NCBI GenBank assembly: GCA_046723505.1
Contig: JBKOUS010000092.1
Coordinates: 1 to 63,540 of the forward strand
Reading direction: 5' to 3'
DNA: 63,540 bases
From: Actinomycetota bacterium
GTDB taxonomy: Bacteria > Actinomycetota > Actinomycetes > Propionibacteriales > Propionibacteriaceae
Both the position numbers and the translations under genes were made by a program. Shown here piece by piece: positions 8,575 through 20,454 of this stretch. The notes below the pieces were generated by a model. The model ran no database searches. It was not told where the DNA came from and worked only from the letters and a program-made list of their open reading frames with translations. Position 1 is the first letter of the stretch. Every line of letters starts with the position of its first letter.

Positions 8575-10680
8575 CTAGTCGACCTGGAGCACTACCACCG
8601 TGTGGCCCGGTAGCTGCAAAGTGGAGCCAGCCGCGATTTTCTCCGACGGCAGTTCGCCCTCCTGCCCGGTGTGTGCGATCACGGTGTAGGTGTCTGCCCA
8701 GGGCCCATCGGGCAGCTCCACCTGGATCGCGTCGGAACCGCCGTGGAACCAGATGAGAAATGCCTCGTCCGAGGTTCGGTACGGGTCGTCGTACGCGAGG
8801 TACATGCCGAGCGTACGCCGGGTTTCGTCCCGCCAGTCCTGCTCAGTCATCTCGGCATTCCGACCGCCGAACCAGGCAATATTCTTACGCCCACATGGAT
8901 CGCCTTTGGGATCGAGTAGGAATTCACCCTGCCGGAAGCCGTCCCGGCGGAAGACCGGGCGCTCGGTCCGCAACTGGAGCAGTTTGCGCGTGAGATCGGT
9001 CTGGTCACTCCAGGTGGACTGGGTGTCCCAGTGCACCCACGAGATGGGCGAATCCTGACAGTAGGCGTTGTTGTTGCCCTGCTGGGTGCGCCCCAGCTCG
9101 TCGCCCGCGCTGATCATCGGCACCCCGCTTGCCAGGATCAAGGTCGCCATCAGGTTCTGCACCTGACGGTGCCGCAGCGCGATGACCCCCTCATTCTCGG
9201 TCTGGCCTTCGACGCCGCAGTTCCAGGAGCGATTGTCGTCAGACCCGTCGCGGTTGGATTCACCGTTAGCGCCGTTGTGTTTGACGTTGTAGGTCACCAA
9301 ATCACGCATCGTGAACCCGTCGTGTGCGGTCACAAAGTTAACGCTCGCCGCAGCAGTTCTGCCGTCCCGACTGAAAATGTCGGGGGAGCCGATCAGCCGC
9401 TGCGCCAGCTCACCCACACCGCGGGTATTGCCACGCCAGAAGTCGCGCACATGGTTGCGAAAGTGGTCGTTCCATTCACTCCAGCCCGGGCCGAAGCCGC
9501 CCACCTGATAGCCGTACGGGCCCATGTCCCAGGGCTCGGCGATGATCTTGACCTGGCTCAGCACAGGGTCTTCGCTGATTGCCTGCTTGAACGGGTGATC
9601 TTGATCGACGTGATGCCGCTCGTCCCGGATCAAGGTGGTCACCAGGTCGAAGCGGAAACCGTCGACGCCCATCTCGGTGACCCAGTAGCGTAACGAGTCG
9701 AGCACCATGCGGAGTACGCCTGGTTCGGAGGTATCGACCGAGTTGCCGCAGCCAGTGACGTCATAGTCGTTGCGGTGGTCGTCGGTAAGCCGGTAGTAGC
9801 CGAGATGATCTATTCCACGGAACGCCAGGGTCGGACCCTCATGACCACCCTCCCCGGTGTGGTTGTAGACGACATCGAGGATGACCTCGAGCCCAGCATC
9901 GTGCAGCGCCGACACCATCTCTTTGAACTCCCGCACCTGCTGGCCGAGCGTGCCGACCGAGCCGTACGCAGCATGAGGTGCGAAGTAGCCAAGACTGTTG
10001 TATCCCCAGTAGTTGGAGAGGCCGCGCCCAGCAAGGAAAGGTTCGGAGGCGAAATGGTGCACTGGGAGCAGCTCGACTGCAGTGACGCCGAGATCTACCA
10101 GGTGCTGTACCACCCCCGGGTACGCCAACCCCTGATACGTACCTCTGAGGTGTTCGGGAACCAACGGGTGCAGCCGTGTGTAGCCCTTGACATGCAGTTC
10201 GTAGATCACGGTCTCTGACATCGGCCGACGCCGATTGATGGGCCGTGGCGGGGGCGAGTCGGGCACCACCACACTGAGCGGCACCGCGGCGAATGAGTCA
10301 GTGGTATCGGGGACGAAGTGTGACTCGGGAGTGTGATCCAGAATCGGCCCCGAGTAGTCCACGCCTCCGGTGATCGCCCGGGCGTACGGATCCAGGAGCA
10401 GCTTGGCCGGATTGAAACGAGCGCCGGTGGCGGGGTCCCACGGTCCATGGACTCGGAAGCCGTACCGTTGCTCAGGGCCAATGCCGTGGATGAAGACGGT
10501 CCAAACTCCGTCGTCACCTCGGGTCATGTCGTAGTTGGTCTGGTTGCGGTCTTCGTCGACAAGAGACAGCTCGACCCGTGTCGCACGAGGGGCCCAAAGC
10601 CCGAACCCCGCTCCACCGTCGCGCATGTGCGCGCCAAGGACGGAAGTGTCCTGAGGCACTGGCAACGCAGTGGCTGTCAT
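8575..10680 (-). CDS. glgX: Glycogen debranching enzyme
   Basis: LLDPYARA, YELHVKG, NYWGYN, DVVYNHT, VDGFRFDL, AHDGFT, QQGNNNAYCQD. Confidence 0.96.
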   Translation of the reverse strand: MTATALPVPQDTSVLGAHMRDGGAGFGLWAPRATRVELSLVDEDRNQTNYDMTRGDDGVWTVFIHGIGPEQRYGFRVHGPWDPATGARFNPAKLLLDPYARAITGGVDYSGPILDHTPESHFVPDTTDSFAAVPLSVVVPDSPPPRPINRRRPMSETVIYELHVKGYTRLHPLVPEHLRGTYQGLAYPGVVQHLVDLGVTAVELLPVHHFASEPFLAGRGLSNYWGYNSLGYFAPHAAYGSVGTLGQQVREFKEMVSALHDAGLEVILDVVYNHTGEGGHEGPTLAFRGIDHLGYYRLTDDHRNDYDVTGCGNSVDTSEPGVLRMVLDSLRYWVTEMGVDGFRFDLVTTLIRDERHHVDQDHPFKQAISEDPVLSQVKIIAEPWDMGPYGYQVGGFGPGWSEWNDHFRNHVRDFWRGNTRGVGELAQRLIGSPDIFSRDGRTAAASVNFVTAHDGFTMRDLVTYNVKHNGANGESNRDGSDDNRSWNCGVEGQTENEGVIALRHRQVQNLMATLILASGVPMISAGDELGRTQQGNNNAYCQDSPISWVHWDTQSTWSDQTDLTRKLLQLRTERPVFRRDGFRQGEFLLDPKGDPCGRKNIAWFGGRNAEMTEQDWRDETRRTLGMYLAYDDPYRTSDEAFLIWFHGGSDAIQVELPDGPWADTYTVIAHTGQEGELPSEKIAAGSTLQLPGHTVVVLQVD

Positions 10681-10914
10681 CTGTTACGAGCCTTCGCATG
10701 GGCTGGATCGTGCTCTGGACCGTCAGGATGATGACGTGCCCCACCTGTGGGCGAGGATGCGCCTCATTCTGCCCCAGTTGGCCGACACACGCCGACGATC
10801 CGGGCGCCCGGAGAGCAGAAGCAACCGGTTTAGTTAGCAACCGCAACACGAATTGGGCCGGAATGTCAACCATTCGGGCAACGTCAAACATCTCGACTCG
10901 ACTACGAGTTGGTT

Positions 10915-11291
10915 TCCATCTGACGGCCAAACCGGGCAGCCCGATCACATTGCGGTGCACCGCTGCACGGTTGAAGCCGTACGCCGTACCGGGATCGGCA
11001 CCCTCAATGTGGTTGCGAACACCCAGGACTGGTGACCAGCTCGCCCAGTGGATTGAGTTGGGGGCGATCGTCGGCGAGCCCGCCGACTGTCTGGGCCGGG
11101 CCTGTCAGCATCGATGTCGCCTTGACCGGCGACTGTTGGACCTGAAGTACGCGGCGCTGACCGCGCAGGCCGGCCAGACGGAGGCGGTGCGCGCGGTGGT
11201 CGGCGAGAAGCGCTACCGAGAGATCATTCGCATCGAGCGATTTGCGGTCATCGCGCGACAGGCAGCACCCGTTGTGCTGGCGGTGCGCTAG
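10915..11291 (+). pseudogene. Remnant (C-terminal part) of a PIG-L/LmbE family deacetylase
   Basis: One frame reads DGQTGQPDHIAVH (HPDH-like motif) and stops at 11035. A second frame continues WIELGAIVG...LDLKYAALTAQAGQT...RYREIIRIERF, resembling the PIG-L K-x-AA-x-x-AH-x-SQ C-terminus. The N-terminal part is missing. Confidence 0.6.
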
Positions 11292-11304
11292 TGCACCACA
11301 CTTG

Positions 11305-11318
11305 TTACTCATAAGTAA
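11305..11318. promoter_or_regulatory. Palindromic operator upstream of etfB
   Basis: TTACT-cata-AGTAA overlapping a TAATCT -10-like hexamer, about 50 nt before the etfB ATG. Confidence 0.6.
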
Positions 11319-11366
11319 TCTAGCGGCCATGGCGGCGCGACCGACGCAGGAAGAAAGCGGTGCGAG

Positions 11367-12152
11367 ATGAAGATTGTTGTTCTGGCCAAATACGTTCCGG
11401 ATGCAACAGGAGAGCGCACTTTTGCCTCTGACGGCACAGTCGACCGCGCATCGAGCGCCGGACTGTTGTCAGAGCTTGATGAGTACGCCGTAGAGCAGGC
11501 ACTGCAGATTGCCGAGGATCGCGACGACGACGTCGAGGTCGTCGTCATGACGCTCGGACCTGAAGATGCAGCCGACGCAATCAAGCGCGCGCTCCAGATG
11601 GGCGCATCCGCCGCCATCCACATCATCGACGACGCGGTCCACGGCTCTGATGCCTTGGCCACCAGCTTGGTCTTGGCCGCAGGGATCAAGAAGGCCGGTC
11701 CGGATTTGGTGGTCTGTGGCATGGCTTCCACGGACGGCACCATGGGTGTGATTCCCGCCATGATCGCCGAGCGGCTCAGGTGGCCCGCTGCGACGCTGGC
11801 GGCCACCTTGTCGGTGACTGAAGACCGCCTCACGATTCGGCGCGACACCGATGTGGCGAGCCTCACGATCGAGGCACCTCTGCCCGCTATTGTCAGCGTG
11901 ACCGACCAATCCGGCGAGGCCCGGTACCCCTCGATGAAGGGGATCCTAGCGGCCAAGAAGAAGCCGGTGGAGTCGTGGAAACTGGCCGATCTCGGTATCG
12001 ATGCAGCAGCGGTAGGACTGGATGCTGCATGGAGCAAGGTGTTGCAAACGACCCCGCGTCCGCCCAAGGAGCAGGGCCGCATCGTTCTCGATGAAGACGG
12101 CGCTGGATCCGCCGCTCTGGTCGAGTTCCTGGCCGCCGGCAAGTACATCTGA
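11367..12152 (+). CDS. etfB: Electron transfer flavoprotein beta subunit
   Basis: MKIVVLAKYVPD, DEYAVEQAL, RYPSMKGILAAKKKP. Confidence 0.95.
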   Translation: MKIVVLAKYVPDATGERTFASDGTVDRASSAGLLSELDEYAVEQALQIAEDRDDDVEVVVMTLGPEDAADAIKRALQMGASAAIHIIDDAVHGSDALATSLVLAAGIKKAGPDLVVCGMASTDGTMGVIPAMIAERLRWPAATLAATLSVTEDRLTIRRDTDVASLTIEAPLPAIVSVTDQSGEARYPSMKGILAAKKKPVESWKLADLGIDAAAVGLDAAWSKVLQTTPRPPKEQGRIVLDEDGAGSAALVEFLAAGKYI

Positions 12153-12166
12153 GAGCGAGGTTGTTA

Positions 12167-13114
12167 ATGTCTGAGGTCCTGATTCTCGCCGAGCAGATCG
12201 ACTCGCAGACCTCGAAGCCAACCCTGGAGCTGCTCACTTTGGCTCGCAGGCTCGGAGAGCCCGTTGCGGTGGTCTTTGGTGAAACCGACGACGCGATCGC
12301 CAAGACGCTCGGAGAGTACGGCGCCACCCGAGTGATCTTCGTCGCTGACTCGTCAGTCACCGAGTACCTCGTTGCGCCGAAGGCTGAAGCCATCGCGCAG
12401 ATCGCCGCCAGTGTGGACCCGGTCGCGATCCTGATCAGCTCCACGCCCGAGGGGAAGGAGATCGCTGGACGTCTTGCCGTCAAGCTCGAGTCCGGGCTGA
12501 TCACCGATGCCACCGATATTGCCGCCGATGCCACGACAACGCAGTCGGTCTTTGCTGGGAACTGGACGGTCACCGCAGGGGTGACTCATGGCTCCCCGGT
12601 GGTAACCGTCAAGCCGAACGCAGTGACCCCTGAGCTTGCACCAACTGAGCCAGCCATGGCACAGGCCGAGGTGACCATCTCCGACGCGGCCCGGACCGCA
12701 CGCATTGTGAGCAGCGAGCCGAAGGAGGCCAGCGGCCGCCCGGAGCTGACCGAGGCGGCAGTTGTGGTCTCCGGCGGCCGTGGCACAGGTGGCAACTTCG
12801 CTGCCATCGAGGAGTTGGCTGACCTGTTGGGCGGCGCCGTGGGTGCCTCACGGGCCGCTGTCGACGCCGGCTGGTATCCGTACGCGTACCAGATTGGCCA
12901 GACTGGCAAAACTGTGTCGCCGCAGCTCTACATCGCGGCCGGCATCTCCGGCGCAATCCAGCACAGAGCCGGAATGCAGACATCCAAGGCCATTGTCGCG
13001 GTGAACAAGGATGCTGAGGCGCCGATCTTCGCTCTTGCCGATCTCGGAATCGTGGGTGACCTCCACAAAGTGCTCGGCAGCGTCATTGCAGAGATCAAGC
13101 AACGGAAGATGTGA
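12167..13114 (+). CDS. etfA: Electron transfer flavoprotein alpha subunit
   Basis: VVSGGRG, GASRAAVDAGW, QIGQTGK, GISGAIQHRAGM. Confidence 0.96.
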   Translation: MSEVLILAEQIDSQTSKPTLELLTLARRLGEPVAVVFGETDDAIAKTLGEYGATRVIFVADSSVTEYLVAPKAEAIAQIAASVDPVAILISSTPEGKEIAGRLAVKLESGLITDATDIAADATTTQSVFAGNWTVTAGVTHGSPVVTVKPNAVTPELAPTEPAMAQAEVTISDAARTARIVSSEPKEASGRPELTEAAVVVSGGRGTGGNFAAIEELADLLGGAVGASRAAVDAGWYPYAYQIGQTGKTVSPQLYIAAGISGAIQHRAGMQTSKAIVAVNKDAEAPIFALADLGIVGDLHKVLGSVIAEIKQRKM

Positions 13115-13171
13115 CCGGACTCGGAGCGCACGTCTCGGACCACCGCAACCGCTGAGGCAGACTGATTGCTC

Positions 13172-14335
13172 ATGAGCCGGATTTACTTTGACCATGCGGC
13201 CACTACCCCCATGGTCCCCGAGGCTGTCGAGGCAATGACGCGAGAGCTGACAAGGGTCGGCAACGCGTCATCGCTACACGCATCCGGGCGGTCAGCTCGG
13301 CGCGTCGTCGAGGAGTCCCGGGAAGCGATTGCGGCTCAGGTCGGGGCACAGCCATCAGAGCTGATCTTCACCAGCGGCGGGACCGAGTCGGACAATCTGG
13401 CCATCAAAGGGGCGTTCTGGTCGGGTATCGAGGTTGGTCGATATCGGGTAGTTACCTCGGCTCTGGAACATCATGCCGTGTTGGATTCTGTGGCCTGGCT
13501 TGGCCAGTCGGCAGCGGCCGAGGTCAGATACGTTCCGGTCGACCCCGCAGGTCGAATCGAGGTGTCCGCCCTCGCGGACGACGTCGACCCGCGAACCGCC
13601 CTGGTATCGGTGATGTGGGCGAACAATGAGGTCGGTACCCTCCAGCCGATACGCCAGGTCGCCGCCGTAGCCGCCGAGCATGAGGCGCTCTCTCACAGCG
13701 ACGCGGTCCAGGCCGTCGGGCACGTCGAGGTCAACTTCGCGGCCAGTGGGCTCGACCTGCTGAGCTTCACGGCGCACAAGCTGGGTGGACCCTACGGAAT
13801 CGGCGCCTTGCTGGCGCGCAGGGAGCTGCGCTTGGTCCCAATCCTGCACGGCGGCGGTCAGGAGCGGGAGATCCGGTCCGGAACTCTCGATGTCGCCGCC
13901 GTAGCGGGGTTCGCGGCAGCCCTCGAGGTTGCAACCCGAAACCGAGTCCGGGAGGAGCAGCGGTTACGCGAGCTGCGTACAGATCTGGTCCGCGCAGTGC
14001 TCGCTGCGGTCCCATTGGCCGTCCCGTACGGCTCCTCCCTGGAGCGCGATCGCCTCCCTGGCATAGCCAGTATTGGTTTCCCTGGCTGCGCTGCCGACGC
14101 CATCATGATGTTGCTGGACTCCGCTGGGATTGACTGTGCCACCGGAGCGGCGTGCTCTGCAGGTGTCTCACAACCGAGCCACGTGCTGCTCGCAATGGGA
14201 CAGAGCGAAGCCGACGCGCGCTCGGTGCTGCGGTTCTCGCTTGGGCATTCCTCGACTTTGTCGGATGTACGGGCGCTCGCCAACGCCTTGCCGCAGGCTG
14301 TCCAGCGAGCCAAGGCGGCAGCTGCGTTCGCCTGA
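13172..14335 (+). CDS. iscS: Cysteine desulfurase (IscS/NifS class)
   Basis: [34 protein letters not shown]; directly upstream of mnmA. Confidence 0.92.
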   Translation: MSRIYFDHAATTPMVPEAVEAMTRELTRVGNASSLHASGRSARRVVEESREAIAAQVGAQPSELIFTSGGTESDNLAIKGAFWSGIEVGRYRVVTSALEHHAVLDSVAWLGQSAAAEVRYVPVDPAGRIEVSALADDVDPRTALVSVMWANNEVGTLQPIRQVAAVAAEHEALSHSDAVQAVGHVEVNFAASGLDLLSFTAHKLGGPYGIGALLARRELRLVPILHGGGQEREIRSGTLDVAAVAGFAAALEVATRNRVREEQRLRELRTDLVRAVLAAVPLAVPYGSSLERDRLPGIASIGFPGCAADAIMMLLDSAGIDCATGAACSAGVSQPSHVLLAMGQSEADARSVLRFSLGHSSTLSDVRALANALPQAVQRAKAAAAFA

Positions 14336-14456
14336 TGCGCTTGGCCGCACTCGCCACCCGTGGGAGACTTGCGGCTTGCCAAGAAGCGTCCCAGCAATTT
14401 TGTTAGAGCTGCTCGCGCAATGCCGACGCTCGCAGCTCGAGTCACGAAGGACACGA

Positions 14457-15530
14457 ATGAAAGTACTGGCCGCGATGTCTGGCGGCGTCGACTCAGCCGT
14501 TGCCGCGGCTCGAGCCATCGCGGCCGGCCATGATGTCACCGGCGTGCATCTGGCGCTCTCCAAGAACCCGCAGACCTACCGGTCGGGCGCTCGTGGCTGC
14601 TGCTCCAAGGAAGATGCCCACGATGCTCGCAGGGCCGCCGATGTACTCGGGATCCCGTTCTATGTATGGGATTTATCGGATCGCTTCGCCGCCGACGTGG
14701 TCAGCGACTTCGTCGCAGAATACGCAGCCGGTCGTACCCCGAATCCCTGCCTGCGCTGTAACGAGAAGATCAAGTTCTCAGCCGTTCTGGACCGCAGCGT
14801 CGCGCTCGGTTTCGATGCGGTCTGCACCGGTCACTACGCCCGGCTGATCCGCAGCGGCGACGATGTTGAGCTCCATCGCGCATGTGATGCCGGCAAGGAC
14901 CAGTCGTACGTGCTGGGCGTACTCAACCAAGATCAGCTGCAGCGCTGCTTCTTTCCGCTCGGTGTCTCACATAAGGCCGACGTACGCGCGGAAGCGCGAG
15001 AGCGCGGCCTGGGAGTCGCGGACAAGCCTGACAGCCATGACATCTGCTTCATCGCCAATGGCGACACTGCGGAATTCCTGGAGCAGCGGCTCGGCAATCG
15101 ACCAGGGGACATTGTGGACGTGGCTGGTGCCAAGGTTGGCGAGCACGCCGGTTCGCACCGGTTCACCATCGGGCAGCGTCGTGGTCTTCGGCTTGGTACG
15201 CCCGCCCCTGATGGCCAGCCCCGCTTCGTACTGGCCATCACGCCCACCACCAACACCATTACTGTCGGTCCGCGGGATGCGCTGGCAGTAAATGGGATCC
15301 GTGCCATCCGGCCCACCTGGACGAGCCAAACGCCCGATACGGAGTGGGCAGGCGAGGTTCAGGTCCGGGCCCATGGGCTTCCCATGGCGGCCACGGTCCA
15401 GGTCCATGACGATCATCTGGATGTGGTGTTGGACTCTGCCACCTCCGGTGTCGCGCCGGGCCAAGCAGTGGTTCTCTACGAGGGCACGCGAGTCATCGGG
15501 AGCGCGACCATAGCGGCGACGCGCGCGTGA
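14457..15530 (+). CDS. mnmA: tRNA 2-thiouridine synthase
   Basis: [39 protein letters not shown]; ATG at 14457 preceded by GAAGGA. Confidence 0.96.
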   Translation: MKVLAAMSGGVDSAVAAARAIAAGHDVTGVHLALSKNPQTYRSGARGCCSKEDAHDARRAADVLGIPFYVWDLSDRFAADVVSDFVAEYAAGRTPNPCLRCNEKIKFSAVLDRSVALGFDAVCTGHYARLIRSGDDVELHRACDAGKDQSYVLGVLNQDQLQRCFFPLGVSHKADVRAEARERGLGVADKPDSHDICFIANGDTAEFLEQRLGNRPGDIVDVAGAKVGEHAGSHRFTIGQRRGLRLGTPAPDGQPRFVLAITPTTNTITVGPRDALAVNGIRAIRPTWTSQTPDTEWAGEVQVRAHGLPMAATVQVHDDHLDVVLDSATSGVAPGQAVVLYEGTRVIGSATIAATRA

Positions 15531-16540
15531 CCGGCGTCTCGCCGGTCCAGGAGCTGCCGCTGATCCGGACCACCGGCATTGGTTCCTGGCCGGGCACCGA
15601 CATGCGTGATGCGATCAAGATCGCTTTCGCCGAGTGCCCCGAATTCCCTTACCTTCCCGAGCTTCCGGCTCGCGGACCGTACGCTCAGATGATCGGACGT
15701 TCCACGGCGTTTCTTGCCGGCCTGGCGGTTGACCTGCAGCCGGCTGGGTGGCGCCTCGCTGACGCTTCCGGCCGGGACCAGCGGCTCGCGATCAGCACGC
15801 TGCGCGCTGACCTTGATCTACTTGAAGAGCACGCCCAGGGATACCAGGGAGCGATGAAGGTCTCCGTCGCGGGCCCTTGGACAATGGCTGCGATGATGGA
15901 ACGCCCCCGTGGTGATCGACTGCTCGCCGACGGAGGAGCGCGCCGGGATCTCAGCCAATCGCTTGCCGAGGGAATCGCCCAGCTCATTGCCGAGCTCATC
16001 CGGCGCCTGCCAGACGTCGAGTTCCTCATCCAGCTCGACGAGCCGCTGCTGCCTGCTGTGCTTGCCGGCACGATAGCCACCGCAAGCGGTCTTTCGCGGC
16101 ATAGCGCGGTCGACGTCAGCGAGGTCAGCGGTGCCATCTCGTACACCGTTCACCGGCTCGCACCGACCAATGTCGCGGTGCACTGTTGCGCGACCAGGCC
16201 GCCTATCGAACTGCTCAGCTCAGCCGCTGTGTCCGGGGTGCTCCTGGACGTCGACAAGCTCTCCGGCGCGGATTGGGACGCCGTGGGACCAAGCCTCGAG
16301 GCCGGACTGTGGGTCGGCCTGGGTGCGTTGCCAACAGACGGTGCGCTCGGGCCCGATCAGCTGGCCCGAAAGGTGCTGCTGCGGCTGCTTGATCTCAATC
16401 TGGAGCCGGAAATGCTTGCGGCACAGACTGTGATCACGCCGGCTTGCGGCCTCGCCTCGACGACCCGCGATGGAGCGTTACGCGCGCTCCGAACCTTGCG
16501 CACGGCGGCCGACATCGTCACCGAGCAGCTTGCGGCCTAG
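15527..16540 (+). CDS. Cobalamin-independent methionine synthase catalytic-domain-like protein (MetE/URO-D fold)
   Basis: [25 protein letters not shown] and TPACG (putative Zn ligands); the usual actinobacterial position between mnmA and ligA. Confidence 0.8.
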   Translation: MTGVSPVQELPLIRTTGIGSWPGTDMRDAIKIAFAECPEFPYLPELPARGPYAQMIGRSTAFLAGLAVDLQPAGWRLADASGRDQRLAISTLRADLDLLEEHAQGYQGAMKVSVAGPWTMAAMMERPRGDRLLADGGARRDLSQSLAEGIAQLIAELIRRLPDVEFLIQLDEPLLPAVLAGTIATASGLSRHSAVDVSEVSGAISYTVHRLAPTNVAVHCCATRPPIELLSSAAVSGVLLDVDKLSGADWDAVGPSLEAGLWVGLGALPTDGALGPDQLARKVLLRLLDLNLEPEMLAAQTVITPACGLASTTRDGALRALRTLRTAADIVTEQLAA

Positions 16541-16558
16541 CCCTTGTGGCCGACGGGA

Positions 16559-18719
<2,161 letters not shown>

Positions 18720-18724
18720 CCCGC

Positions 18725-18982
18725 TTAGATCAGGAATGCCGCGAGCAACTGCCGCTCGTCACCGATGCCGAAGCCCAAGCTGCCAGTCATCAGGTAGTAG
18801 ACGTACCAGCCAAGCAGAAAGATCGCGATGAGAGCACCAAGCAGCGCGAGCGTAACCCAGATCCGCATTCGCTTCTTCTGTTTGGTGGTGGGTACCTTCA
18901 CCGGACCCCATTCGCCGATCGTCGGCTGCACTCGTGGCGGCGTTCCTCCATGCAGGTTGAGGTTGCTGAAGATCCTCGGCAC
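18725..18982 (-). CDS. Small hypothetical membrane protein
   Basis: 85 aa with one hydrophobic helix after a basic stretch; TAAAGT lies 6 nt before the GTG. Confidence 0.6.
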   Translation of the reverse strand: MPRIFSNLNLHGGTPPRVQPTIGEWGPVKVPTTKQKKRMRIWVTLALLGALIAIFLLGWYVYYLMTGSLGFGIGDERQLLAAFLI

Positions 18983-19126
18983 TGGACCACTTTAGTCGGC
19001 GGAGCGAGGCGTACGTCTCTCCTCACAGCCATGAAGGCAGTCCGTCCCTGGCCGTCTCCCCATCGCTGCTGATTTCATCCCAGGCGCGAAGACCTGCGCC
19101 GAGCTAACCAGATGACAGCTGGAAGC

Positions 19127-19642
19127 TCAGAAGAACAAATCGTGCAATCCGTAGAACCCCGTGGCCACCAGCAGGAACCGGCATAGCCGACCAACCAACA
19201 CGGTCAGCCCGAACCAGACAGGGCTCATCGTCGTGGCCCCTGCCAAAAGGGCAACGGCGTACAGCGGAGGGAAGCCGACTATCGCAGCAACCAGGACGAT
19301 CGGCAGTCCCCAGCGTTCCTGTCCAACCAGATCAAGCAGCTTGGCCATGGCCGCGCGAAACCGGGCACGAGTTGGCCCTACAGGGAGTTGCTTTCGGACC
19401 TCTTGGCGATGCTTGATGAAAGGGAGCTCCTTTCCTTGACGCACGCCAAAAAAAAGCAAGAGCTTCCCCACTGTCTGGCCCATGGCAATACCGATGGCAA
19501 TGGGAATGGGCCCCATAACAGCGGACATCTGCGAGGCGATGACGTATGCCTCGGCGTTGACGATCGGGACGACCGCCGACACCGTTCCGAAACCGATCGA
19601 GGTGAGCAACGCGACCAGCTCAGCCCACCCGAAGGTACCCAC
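19127..19642 (-). CDS. VTT/DedA-like (YqaA-type) membrane protein
   Basis: SAVVPIVNAEAY, GQTVGK, GFPPLY, GRLCRF; hydrophobic throughout. Confidence 0.7.
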   Translation of the reverse strand: MGTFGWAELVALLTSIGFGTVSAVVPIVNAEAYVIASQMSAVMGPIPIAIGIAMGQTVGKLLLFFGVRQGKELPFIKHRQEVRKQLPVGPTRARFRAAMAKLLDLVGQERWGLPIVLVAAIVGFPPLYAVALLAGATTMSPVWFGLTVLVGRLCRFLLVATGFYGLHDLFF

Positions 19643-19675
19643 GGGGCCGACCGTACCCGAGGCGGCGAGTGAGGC

Positions 19676-20305
19676 CTACTTGACGAGCGCCGCGAGGTGA
19701 TGCAGTCGCGCGATCTCAGAGTCGAGAAAGGCCGGTCCACCTAGGCGGCCGATCACGATCACCCGGTGCTGGGCCAGGGGAGTGACGACCGCAGTGGTGT
19801 CGCCCCAGCCAGGACTCCAGTCGGCATCCAGGTCAGTGCGATGTGTGGTGTCGAATGGTGTGAACCTCGCCGCGATCTCTGGGGTCAGGTCCGGTGCCAG
19901 GGTGGTCGAGAAGCTTGAGCGAGGTGCAGCGTCCGACACATCGATCAAGGTCGCCCAATGAGAACGAAAAACGACGGGGCAGAGTGAGACGAGTGTTTCC
20001 GCGGCATGCGGTGGATCAGCCGTCATCCGCTCCAGCGCCTCCAGGTCCGACTGCAGCCCGCCTCCCTCGGGATAACGAGCAATCCACTCCACGCGTACCC
20101 CACTGAGGTTCTGGCAAGCGGTCACAATGGTCTCGGGCAGTTGGTTGGTCGGTAAGTCGACGATGAAATCATCGACGACGCTGCCGTCTGACTTCTTCTC
20201 CACGATCTCGACGGCATTGATATCGGCGCCGACGCTTCCCATTGCCGTCGCGACGGACCCCAGCGAACCTGGTCGGTCCGGCAGGGTGATCCGCATCAGG
20301 AACAC
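19676..20305 (-). CDS. ACT-domain amino-acid-binding protein
   Basis: N-terminal ACT motif LPDRPGSLG..ADI; C-terminal GRLGGPAFLDSE. Confidence 0.8.
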   Translation of the reverse strand: MFLMRITLPDRPGSLGSVATAMGSVGADINAVEIVEKKSDGSVVDDFIVDLPTNQLPETIVTACQNLSGVRVEWIARYPEGGGLQSDLEALERMTADPPHAAETLVSLCPVVFRSHWATLIDVSDAAPRSSFSTTLAPDLTPEIAARFTPFDTTHRTDLDADWSPGWGDTTAVVTPLAQHRVIVIGRLGGPAFLDSEIARLHHLAALVK

Positions 20306-20454
20306 GTGAACATCTTTCCTTACCTCGATTACCGCGGTGTTTCGGGTCGATCACGGTGCTCATGCTCGTGGTGGATCGTACGGTGCTCCACGTGTCATTG
20401 ACGCAGTTCTGAGCCATGCTCAGATCCCGCGCCTGAGCATGGAAGCCTTGTGCC

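Noticed and set aside
10778-10801. WPTHADD resembling the PIG-L WAHPDD N-terminal motif
   Set aside because: Poor match, too close to the C-terminal remnant, and within the probable glgX promoter region; likely chance.
14130-14456. Long N-terminal extensions called for mnmA, and likewise trpE, trpC, hisC, hisB, hisH and DsbA
   Set aside because: They overlap the upstream genes; conserved N-termini and overlap or SD signals indicate later starts.
19448-19455. A8 tract in the VTT-like gene as a phase-variation site
   Set aside because: The ORF is intact (encodes LFF), the tract is short, and nothing indicates switching.
20382-20392. GGTGCTCCACG identical to the left end of the gltB-gltD element
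   Set aside because: An 11 bp match only, with no matching second arm.
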